A stretch of DNA of 59,413 nt, the filler included, from Platydemus manokwari (lineage: Eukaryota), in assembly GCA_037951405.1 (NCBI GenBank). It is 5 parts of 5 records of this genome, joined end to end, with 100 filler letters (N's around TTAATTAATTAA, not from the genome) between each part and the next. Parts side by side here need not be neighbours in the genome. Positions count along the whole stretch, not along the records: positions 21,299 to 32,187 come from JBBMOY011086631.1; positions 32,288 to 43,147 come from JBBMOY011100107.1; 3 more parts are not named here. One strand, given 5' to 3'. How positions within the stretch are numbered: the stretch's first letter is position 1; the number at the start of each line of letters is the position of its first letter. This document shows, piece by piece, positions 27,401-39,611 of this stretch. The notes beneath the pieces were generated by a model that was not told the origin of the DNA, made no database searches, and saw nothing but the letters and a program-made list of their open reading frames with translations. Position numbers and translations under genes: made by a program.

Positions 27401-28851
27401 ATTTTGTATATGTTCAATTTTGTGTGTGTGTGTCTGCGAGGGTGTGTGTGCACCTTTTTACTTTCACATTTTTACTTTGATAAATTCGATATTTTCCTAA
27501 CAACTCTGTTAAGCAAATTTTAAATAATAAAGAAATCCAATTACACACATGTAAATACACACTTATTGATGTATATGTAAGCAGCTGCTCTGGTTTTTGT
27601 AATTATGGGTTTTAAGGCTGTCTGATTCATCTTTGATGTGTGTCAAATTTTCTGTCGGATGTATATTGTGATCTCGATGTTGACGTGACTCAAGAATAAC
27701 GCTTTTTTTGGGTGTTATAATATTTATATTTTTGTTATTGGCACCTTACTTTTATTATTAATAATTGTTGCTAGTTCAACTGTTGCTTTGTTTTTCACTG
27801 TTACTCTATCCCTCCTATTTTTTACATTGGCATTGGTCTAATTTCGATCTGGCGTCTCTGTTTTAACAGAGATTTTCATTTTATTATTATTTTATTATGT
27901 ACATGATAATATGTTACATATATACCAATTTTTTTCAGTTATTAACATAAATATTTTCGAATACCATTTTACACTGATCCACAAGCACAACTCAATAGTG
28001 TTTCATTTTACAATTATGTAAATCAGATTGGGATTGTTATTTTTTTGCCAATCACGCACGCATTGTTATTTATACAATGTAATAATGAATGTTTCGTTTT
28101 AGAGTTCTATACCTTTGCGTCACATAGGAGATGATTTTTCAGACATGGACTTTCGACCGAGCCCAAGAATTGATAGCTATACCACTTACGCATTGGTTGA
28201 TATATATTTTTTTCAATACCATTTTGTTAATTTGATGTTATATTTTCTAGTCTTCGTCCAAATATGGTTCAACACAGTCTCCTAATACCGGTAAATTATT
28301 ATTCAATTAATTTTTTAATTACATCATTATTAATTAATATTTATTATCAATTCTTTAATCAGCTTTGATGTGCTTTATCGATCGGTTTTTATTTTTGATC
28401 TCCCATTGAATAATATTTCTCTAATATAACTATTTCTTGAAACCATTTTTAGCTAAACCATATCTGAATACACCCGGTAACTCACCCAATCACAACGATC
28501 TTGAACTGTCTGAATATGCTCGACGAGTAGATGGGTCCATGGGCCAAATATCGGTCAAGGTAATATTATAATGTGTATGTGAATGATAGGCAATGTTGAC
28601 AACTTGACTAGCATGACCCGTATTCCGTTATGGATAAACCCAATTTTAAAGCAGCTTGGTCAGAAATGAATGCCGCTAACATTGAGGCAATGTATGATGA
28701 TTTGGAATTGAATCGCAGAAGTTCCCATTTCAGTATCATGCATCGAATGAATGATGAATCCAATGTTGTCAGTAGTACAACCAATACCGGTTTACCAGAT
28801 CAGGATGGTAATCCTAGCACTACCGTTCCGCACCATTCGATATATAAATGA
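21476..28851 (+). CDS. RFX7: RFX5/RFX7-subfamily winged-helix transcription factor (multi-exon)
   Basis: In-frame GT-AG exons: 21476-21726, 21782-22051, 22520-22636, 22704-23107, 24484-24543, 24601-24953, 25798-26019, 26083-26156, 26209-26263, (26.5-28.0 kb unresolved), 28103-28195, 28251-28290, 28453-28559, 28612-28851. DNA-binding domain: [28 protein letters not shown]...[36 protein letters not shown]. The upstream [14 protein letters not shown] motif is typical of RFX5/7. The 3' exons are assigned by phase continuity only, and the start may lie in an upstream exon. Confidence 0.88.
25008..25198. repeat. degenerate AAT/GAT/ATC compound repeat in RFX intron
   Basis: Recurrent ATAATATCAAT(AAT)n and AAAGATGA units. 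Confidence 0.85.
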
Positions 28852-31800
28852 AGCTCATTTGAAAAAAATTACCTAGATTAAAGGTTACGAAATATCAAGT
28901 GCCTACATATAGATTAAACATATAATAATAATAATAATGAAGCCTATCTTTTATTTGAATATATATTCGCTATTGTATATAGATATATATATAAATATAT
29001 AAATATAAATAATCATTATAATTGGTTGTGGTGGATGTATCTATTTTCAGAAGGATTTTTACTATCATTTTGCATTTTCATATAATTTATTATTATTAAT
29101 ATTTTATTGTGACGATTTTTTAACTGGTTCAAGGATATTCACTGGGGCCTCGTTGTTTTGGTTTTGTACATTCGGTTAACAAATTAGCTATTATTAGAAT
29201 CACGAAATTGATATTTTTATCAGAATTGTTTGTTTTTGTATATATTTTTTTCTAACCGGTTGTGCGCTCGATTTGTAGCATTTTTCAGAAATATATCTAT
29301 TTTTATGTGTTTATCTGTTTCAAAATTTCATTCGATTATATGTTTTTGATTCTTTAATCAATTCTAGCGATTTTTATTGAAAGCTTATTATGTTGATTGA
29401 GAAAATATATTTCTTGCCAGTCAACTGTGAGTAGAAATAATACGTTTTTAAAATTGTTTTTTTTATAACTAGGATTTTTTGGTTAATTTTTAATAAAGTT
29501 TCTTTAATCCCCTTAAATTTTCCCTAATCTTTTTAATCGAATTTTATCTATGATGTAATCAGAATAATCAAATAACATTAATTATTGATACAAAAACATC
29601 GGTTATATCATAAACTACTCTTTAAAAACATTGAATTGTATCATTCAATAATTCGGTATTTGTGTCAACTTGTTACCAATCCCTCTTTTATGATTTGATT
29701 CAGTATTTTTGATGATATTTTTTATTAATCATTGATTATTCCACAAATCAATTAAACAGATATCTTTACTACCTCCCAGTCAGTGGAAATAATTTATTGG
29801 GAAAATAAATAGTGGACTAATTATTAACAAATGTGTATGCCTTCTATGTGGATAAATATTTTGAAATATAATACAATTTGATATCAATTTACTTCGCCAT
29901 TTTTCGGTTTGTTTCTTTTTAATTGTTTCGTAACACTTATAATTTACATTGTTTCTGCCAAAGAATTTCTCTTTAAATCTAATATTGGAAAATTTAAAAA
30001 ATGGAAAAATCATCAATCAAAAAATTTAATTTAAAAAGTACGAAACATTAAAATGGATTAAAATATAGATTTTATAAAATCTTGACGAGTGTGGGAAATT
30101 AATTTTTTTCTTGAATATCGTGACGATAACTGAAATCTATTCAATACCATTTACTATGGTTTAAGAAATTGGCTGATAACCAATATAAATATATATAAAA
30201 TCAATTAGCTTAGATTCTGTATGTGTGTGTTTAGCTAGATTATTTTACACATGTCCTAAAATCGGACTAACAAAAGTAAAATATGGGCCTGATACTTATA
30301 ATTGATTAAAGGATGGCAAATTAATTTTATTCTTGAGTCATTGGTCATAAACAAAGTTCTTTTTCGTACAAAGCCGTAATTTAACATGATTTTGACTCCC
30401 AATTAGGATTTACTTCCGATTTCTGTCTAATAATTTGAACTTTAATCTAATGATATGATATTATCTTGATAATGGATGTGGTTTTATCAAGACCCGGTTA
30501 AATATGCTTTTGAAAACCAGGTCAAATTTAATTAAACCAGTTTTGCGATATTAACTTGATGATTGATGTTATTTTGTGAATTGAAGTAAATTACTTGTCT
30601 GAATGAAGTGTTGGGACTACTGCATGGATGATTGTAAATCAATATCAAACTCAACACGAAATTCTACAATAACGAGAGTTTCGTTTATTTACACATACAG
30701 TAAGATAATTATAAATCCAACAATAATCTATTTCAGAAACCGCTTCATTCGATATTATTGTTGTTACTAAAAATTTTTTGATCACACTAAATTAATGCTG
30801 AGGTTTTTGGTCCAATAATTTTTAATTGAAAATTAAAATAAAATTTCATATTAAAAATCACATTGATAGGCAACATTATTTTGGAGTGACTTATTTTTTC
30901 ATCGAATTGATTCATAATAGATATTTTACTCCATGGACAAGTCCGCAGACAAAGGAAATTTAAAAATGCGTTTAAAATATGTTATAGTACGATCTGAAAG
31001 TAATAATCGGCCCCGGGCTTTAGTAAAAAATGAAATAATTCGCCAAATTTGATCTTAAAAATCTTTTCAAGTTTCCATGAATAAGGTTGGGATTAAATGT
31101 GCTTCTTTATCCTAAATGCGATTCTACTTTCAAATTTTTTTGAATTTTCAATGACTCTTCTTGTATAAAATGATCCAAAAACGTTTTCCAAATAATAATA
31201 ATTATTATAATAATGGTAATGATAATAATAATCATCATAATATCTTGACTGAAAATTTTTCTCCGAGTTTGGTTCTTGTTACACAGTGTTTACAACTGGT
31301 TTCTACAGCAAACTGTTCATTCGATTTGTGACAATATCATAAATTATCTACGTTCATTGGATTGATATCCGAATGTATAAGCGTTAATTGAATGGATATC
31401 GATAGTCATCTTTTCACATCAGATTATTTTTATTAAAATATGTGAGATTTAAGTTTCCCGATTTTATTTTCGTCAGTTAATATTATTTTCATGCTTTATT
31501 CAGTTATCTCTTTAATATTATAGGTTTCTTCAATGTTGAAGAAAGAATTTTATATTTGATATAACTCGATAAAATATACCAACAATCTATAAGTATAATT
31601 ATAATTAAAAGCAACATGTCTGACTCCAAATAAAATGACGAATGATTTGTAATAAATATATCATTAAATTTATATAAAATTTACAAATTAATATATAAAA
31701 TTATAATTTTAATAGACAACAATAATAGAATAATAATTATGTAGATGAAACAATAATCAGGTTTTCTCTCTGATTTATTAATATAGAGTTCTAATGTTTC

Positions 31801-32187
31801 AATAGAAACGATTTTAAGCTTACTGTGCTTTCACCACAAGAGCTCTAGTGGATGATAGGACGACTTCAAATAAATTTATTATTTAAATTAATATTACAAA
31901 ATTCATTATGGTTAATGGAACACTAGTTGCATGCATAGGGTGGTGGAGTATAATTACTCATCGAGATATGAGTATTTTGCTTCTAAGATCTTAAAACATA
32001 ATTTTATAATGTTATCAACAATTATACTTTAGAAATTTACACACAATCCATATCAACCATACGCGTAAAGTCACTAAAAATTGTTTTGACGCTAATGACC
32101 AAGAAATATTTCCCCAGAAACATATTGTTTGGTTGCGGTAGATGTTAATTTTGCTGTTCAAATAACTCAACACCGTGAGTCCCTTTA

Positions 32188-32287
32188 NNNNNNNNNNNNN
32201 NNNNNNNNNNNNNNNNNNNNNNNNNNNNNNNTTAATTAATTAANNNNNNNNNNNNNNNNNNNNNNNNNNNNNNNNNNNNNNNNNNNN
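32188..32287. other. artificial assembly spacer
   Basis: Same 44+12+44 structure. Confidence 0.95.
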
Positions 32288-35200
32288 ACCTGTTTCATTA
32301 TTCTATCTGTTCTCAAACCAATTTTATAACCTAGGAGACCTTATTTATCAATCGACCCTCGTATATATATATATATATAATTTATTCAATTATGTCTACC
32401 GATTTTTCCTGAGCAGATCTCGATTATTTTGTATAAAGAATCCGAGTTTTGTTTATCTCACAAAAATAATTTTAATTTAAAGTTAAGCGCTAATTTATTT
32501 TTATTCAAATTTGTATATTTTATTATATTGTATTATATTTTATGTCTTATTATATTTTATGATATTAAAATTAGACTTGTAAAAAAGTAATGAAAAGTTC
32601 CAAAAACGTTTTAAAATAAGATCATTAATAATTTATTTAAATCAAAAAAATCAAAAATTAATATAATTTTCCAGAAAAATTTGTTTAAATGAATCCATTT
32701 AATAATGTGTGGGAGAGCATTATAAAGCGCCCATTCTTGGAATAAAACTGCGACAACTAATTTTACATCAAGAAATATAATAATCTTTAGATGGAAAATA
32801 TCTCTACTGTTAAAGCTTTAAATTACGGAAATATTTTCAAAATATTTCAAACAAAAAAACAATATTTTTCTTATATTTATCATTCGAAATGACTGAAGGG
32901 ATACATATTGGAACTAATTTTAAAAGTATTTAATCATAATTATCTTCAAATTGTTTTTTTGTACATAGATTCAGAATATTTACAAGAAATCAAAATCATG
33001 TCATGCACACATTGTCATACCTGTACAATGAGCATGTTCTACTAGATTATTAAATTTTACAAATATACACTCAGTGGTACGCACTCACTCAAATCTAATT
33101 TGCACGTGTGTCCAGAATTTGAATACGAATTTTATGGGCCAGATTAGCAAATTGGAGAAGTGGATTTCAGATTATGGAGTTTTGTCTATAGAGTACTTCC
33201 CAGTAATTCAATCATTAAGATAATAGTATCAAATGAGGCTTAAAATATTATATTTAAAGTGCGAGTGATAGAATGACATGAAAAGGTATCTATATAGTCG
33301 TATCCTGTAGCAACTATAAAAGAGAAAGTGTTGGGATCTAATTACCCTTTTATCGAATTACCGATTAATATAACAGGTAAAATTTAATTTTAATGCATCA
33401 TTGATTTTATCACACGTAACATTATGCAAAAAGGTATTCTGGCATCTACGCTTTACTGTGACCTTAATGATAATTTGAAAAATTCCGATGACATAAATGC
33501 TGTATTTCAATACTACTTGAAAGATTTTCTCATTTTAATATAATAACTTGATGACCCTTATGAATCGATTTAGTCATCAAATAATTTTTGATAAATTTTT
33601 GTGTAAAGTTAAATCTCGTGTAAATTCTTGGATCTTGCATTTAAAAAATTTAAATCTGATATAATGTATCTAAGGTAATCAATATACAGTAGCCATATGA
33701 ATTTGATTTGATAATCGATAAATGATTAAGTGTATCTGTCAATAAAAAATTTTAGATAAAGGTGAAATCAAATATCATCATAGTAACCATGTAAGCTCGA
33801 TACTGAATATTGCACTGAAAATTGGGAATATAATTACTTGATAATAAATAAATATAATCGATAAATGATATTTCATCAAATAATTCCAGTTCCAACCTCA
33901 GAATTGTCGCATTGTAACTTGATGATAATAGTTTGATTCTTTAAAATTTTTATTATAATAATAGAAATAATAATAATAATTATCATAAATATAATAAATA
34001 ATATATCAATTATTAAAATTAATATATCCAGAAGAACAATAGAAGTAATAGCCATAGGACAATAAAATAATAATAATTACTACATGAACAATACGGATAA
34101 CAATGATGTATATGTTAATATAATTTTTTCATATCATAGAATCATTTTTCAAATATTTCTAAATAGAGATTCGTTTTGTAATCCTCATAATGTTTTAGAA
34201 TAATCACAGTTCGCCAATAGCGATATATTCGATCGAATATTTAATTCCAATAACATAATATTGTCAGGAATATTCGATTAAGTTCCACATAAGTTCAGCA
34301 TTCAATAATAGAACATTTCGACTTCATCATACCAAATAAATTCCATCCTGAATTTTATTTATTAAAAAATAGATAACTCTCATGTTATACAGAGACGTTT
34401 CATAATAAGGATAGATCACAGAAGAAGAATTAAGTATTCAAAAGATTAAACAACTTACCTTTTTTCTGATCAAAAGATTGGAAAATTCCTCTGAGAATCA
34501 GATCAATTTATGGTCGCAAACTCGTGTGTATGGTTTAAAATCCAATTCGGATTTTCATTTGTCGTAGATGTATTGGATCTAGATTCAGAGATTAGTCATT
34601 CGATGACTAGGTTTTTCTTTCCAAAAGTCACATTGGAATGGTTGTGTGTACTAACTGATGGTGAAAATTCAGTTCACAATCAGTAATTAGTATATCTTTG
34701 GATGGCTGCTAGTATAATTTGTCTCAATTGTCTTGGTGTAAGTTTGTCCGAAGTTTGTCACCTACTCTACAAAAACGCCAATTCCGATAGTCATGAAGAA
34801 ATTAATCGAAACAACCAGCTTAAACTAACAAAATTAATTTATTTATATTACCACTGAGACTATTTATATTAATGTTTTCATTCATATCAGATCGTGTTTG
34901 CTTTGTCGTTTCGATATAGCACCCGTCAATATGTTAAAACCACACATCAAACATAGACCGATGTTTATCACATGACAAATAAACCATACAGATAAACATT
35001 TTTTTCTGACATTTAAAGTAATCGTCTTATTTTGTAATTTCTTTCATCACCAATAAAATCCGTGATCTCAAGTATGGAAAAATGAATTTGCTCTTATAAT
35101 AGTAGTATATCGTAAGTGCGGTGAGATCAAAAATATTATTTTCTGATATCTTTTTCGTTTTTTCCTGCGTTTCTTTCAATTTACGATTTCAAATGGAATT

Positions 35201-38200
35201 ATTTCGTCAATTAAAAATCTTTCGTCAGTTAAAAATCGAGAGAAATTCAGTAAAAATATTTTCCCAATTTGATTTTAATGCATGATTCAAGCAAATGTCT
35301 GGAATATTTTGTTGTTTATTAAAAATTTTAATAGAAAATTTCGATTATTTTATTTTGTGAATTTCCTAAATATTCTTTTTTTAAATAAGTGGATTGACGT
35401 AAACAACGACCGTCTTTGGTATTTAAGAACAAGTGTATTTATTTAGCATATTAGAAATCGCATAAAAATACAATAAAGGAATAATAATAATAATAATAAT
35501 AATAATATCATGTACTGATTCAAATTAATTTTCAACTGGAATCTTCTTAATGCGTGTTCCCAATTTTATTAACTTACAATTTTATTAAATCTTTGCAATC
35601 AGATTTTCCGACAAGCACAAAATCACAACCGTTCGAATACCTTGTGCCTTTAAATTGGGATTTCTAACTGATTTGAGTTAATACATTGATATCATTTAGT
35701 TATAATTTCTGAACTAATTTAGCCTTGAAATATTATCAAGATTCTTGGGAGTTTAAAAGACTATTTGGGCTAAAGTTAAAAAATGGTCCTAAAATAAAAT
35801 TTTTAATTTGTTGAGTGTATTGCAAAAAATTCTATATAGTTTATTTAATTATATTCTTTAAAAACAATTTGAATTTTTTTATTTGAGTACTTAAGAAGAA
35901 TTTTAGTTGTTTAAAATCAAATATGAAATGCATTAGAGCTTTAAAGTTTCCTGAAATGTGATTTTTTGAAAAAAGAAAGTCGAATTGCAATTTATTGAAA
36001 ATTAGCGAGGACCTCTTTTTAACATTAAAAGCAATTTACGAGATATTCTCAATTTTTACAATTATTTCATAAAATAAGCAATTAAAAATAAACATGTTTG
36101 TAGTTAACTAACTCGATTTATAATTATAAAAATTTAAATTTAAAACTCAAATGATCATATAGAAGTGTTGTGATTATAATGGAAACTTGGTTTTAAAACT
36201 TTGTTTTATCACTATTAGATATCTTAAAAAATGAGATATTAGCTGAATTATACAAATAAATCAAACATAGCAGTTATATACAAAATTAAGTCATTAAATT
36301 ATCTCATGCTCGAAAATTCTTTATAACGAAAATAGGTCAAAGAAGCCTTTTTCTTAACTTAAGCCATTTTTTCTTATACGGGTCCATTTATCAAAAACTT
36401 AAAAATTCACATTCATGACTACAGTTTTATCACAACATTAAAACAAACGTGTTTTCTAACAAATTTGAATCTTCGCTGGTTTTTAATATAAATATCAATA
36501 TTTTTAATTCTAATTTTTTTCTTAAAATAAAGGTATAATTTAATTAATAATGCTAGGATATGAAATTAATTTATTTAATATGTTTAAAATTTTAATTAAT
36601 TAAATCGATTTTAATTTTACACTTCCTACTAAATACTTTTTATATATGAATAAACTTAAAAATACACCGAACAAATATTTTCTCTTGGTTTTTAATTTTA
36701 AACAGTTCTAAAAACATCATAACCGCTTTGTAGTGCAATTCCTTCAAAAAGTTTCATGCACAATAAACAAGCCTATATAAATTTGAAAATAGAATTTCTA
36801 TGATTTGTTGTTTTGGTGATTTTTTCTGAAAACTTACATAATAGAAGTTATTAAACGATTAAGTAAGATAATAAATTTTTTCGATCAAACATGTTAGATA
36901 AAGAAATGATAAAATACATTGTTTGGTCCCCAATAATTGACGACTCACAGAACATTATTTTGAAAATAAGTAAGAAATAAATAAATATAAACAAGGAATA
37001 ATTATAAAATACATTCAGTGATGATAATGATTTGTAAATAGATAAATCGATATGTTTACTCCTGTGATATTGATCTTCTTTGTCGGAAATTGTTATCTAA
37101 AATTTCCATCGATAAATAATTCTTGACGAATATTATGATATCGAGAAAATAAGATTTCCGATGAATAATCAATCCCTACAAATTTCAATCGTTGATGGAA
37201 ATATTGTGAATTCGCTAACAGAAAATAATATTAGTGTCTATGGATTTTTATTTCTCCTAAAAATATCGATCTGCTACAAATCACAGATATCCATTCATTG
37301 GGATAAAACAATTAAAATGAAATCATGGGTTCATTAAATAAAATCTAAATTTCACGTAATTATTAAAAAAAACGGATCGAATCGGGATTTCGCTATGCCT
37401 TAATGTCGTTAAGCAATTATACTGAGAAAGTGATAATAATTAATTACCATTTGTCTGGTATATGTTCTTGTTATTTTTGCTATATAAATACTATCCAGAA
37501 TGAGTTGTTTGTCATTCCAATAAATCGATAAAACAATGTAATATTTTTACGAAATCCTCTTGCTAGTATAGCGGTACACTAATTTATTGTTTAAATAGTC
37601 TAACAATAATGATTATAAACCATATATAGAAAATATTGTCCTAAGAATTAGGAGTTTTTGTGACGCGAACTCCTGTTTTTATCGAGATTAGTCTGCGCAA
37701 AGAGTGTGACTTTCACGGTGCATGCTTAGATTTTAATCAATGTTTGTTTTATCAAATTTCGATAATTACTGTAAATTGGTGGGCAACTATAATTAAAAGT
37801 GGATTCATATTGAAAGATAGGGCTACGTTAATAACTGAGTAGTAACACGAATAAATGACCTACAAAAACTCATTATATTTGTTTAGTTGATGGTTTAGAC
37901 TAATTATTCCCAAAGTGGACGCTGCAAGGATCCAGAGGATCGATGGTGAAAACAAGGTCATTTTGAGGTGATAATACGATAACAAGAATGTAAGAAAATG
38001 ATTATTAAAAATTTTGATGTATTTCGTTTGCTCAAAACGCCGAAGTCTGGTAGTAGAGCCAGGTTCATCCTTCTCATTAACATAATTTCGAGTTTTGTAA
38101 TTAAAATCTATTCTAAGTACAATAAATATGTTCTTACTTTCAAAAGGCATTGTTTCTACCTAATTTATACATCTTTTTAATATATTTAATGAAAAAGATA

Positions 38201-38599
38201 GTAACATTAAGATTTGTTTTATAAATTGCTACTAAAATTAAAAAAATGGTGTGGGTTAGTTTGGGGGAGCTAAGTAATATTTATTCTGAAAATGGGGTAG
38301 TACGACCGAAAAGTTTGGGAATCACTGGGTTAGACAGTATAAAAACAAAAAAAATAAAATGAAAATCACTTTTTTAAGATTGCATTTTCACCGTTAAGTA
38401 TTCTAATTCCCTCTAATCAGTGTCTTGGATCGTATACGACTGAATATATTTTAATAATAGCTTTTTGTTAATATAGCTCTTGAAACCAAATTATACAGCT
38501 TTCAAATCATATAATTCAAAATTTGGGATTATTAAATAGTGGTATAAATATGCAAAAACACCCGAAAGAATGTGAAAATCATGAAAATTTTATGAGGAT

Positions 38600-38725
38600 T
38601 TTTAAATTTAAATTTAAAAGATTTAAAAAATTCATATAAAATGAAATTCATTTTTTAAAAATAATTATTGGTAGATATAATTTAGTGTCGTGACTTCAGT
38701 TAGTTTCCAGTAATTGATTTATTAA
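38600..38725 (-). repeat. dispersed repeat family copy, inverted
   Basis: The reverse complement reads TTGTAAACTGCAACCATTTAATAAATC...AACTGAAGTCACGACACTAAATTATAT, similar to the 7455 and 43577 copies. Confidence 0.55.
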
Positions 38726-39611
38726 ATGGTTGCAGTTTACAATTCTTATTACCGTTGTGATAGAGATTACAATTTAGAGTATTTTGTAATCTAAACTGCG
38801 ACTTTGGCTAATGATCGCAACTCAATGAGGCAGCATATACAATTTCAATCACATATTATAATACTGTAATTAATCATATAACAAGTAAGTAATCAATGTT
38901 CGCTAAATTTCTGCATTCGTCACCGAACGCTTGACTAAATGTTATCATCATGTGTGCCAAAATGCATTCACACTATGATAGTCTTATAATTAATTTTAAT
39001 TGGTAATGACAGTTCTTTGCATGGTTTGCAATGGATATAATAATTTTACTCTCTAATACTTATTTAATTTGGATCTCATCAGGTATCAAAAATATCCAAG
39101 TGATGAGTTAGGTAAATGACTCAACTATTATTTTGACCAGTGTTCTTCAAAAGGGGGACTTGAAAATTTTCATTGTTTACACTGACTTACATGAAGACAA
39201 AATATCGATCAAATTCTTAAGATTTGGAATTAGTACTGAGACCAGTCATCTCCGAAATAAAGCCAAGATTTGATGTTTTATGCCGGAATATGCAAAATCG
39301 GTGTTATTATTAAATATATTTTAATTTTTTGATGTTTCAAAGAGCTCTGTTAAAAAATTATTTTATTATTTATGTTTTAGTCTTTAGAAATAGCGAAAAA
39401 ATTTGGAATCCGAGAGTGGGTCTCAAACAAAAAGTGTGAAGTCCACTAATTTATATTATTATATTATCTAATTCAAATAATAATTTATCATAAAATTATG
39501 AAAAGATCTTTGGTAATTCATATCAATGAATTTGCACACAGTGATAGTGATTGCTATATAAGATCTATCATATGTGATATCATTTTATATTTGATCTTTC
39601 AGTTTTTATAA

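Noticed and set aside
35061-35140. TGATCTCA...TGAGATCA as a bantam-like miRNA hairpin
   Set aside because: Only 8 bp pair, the intervening loop is too long, and the remaining arms do not pair.
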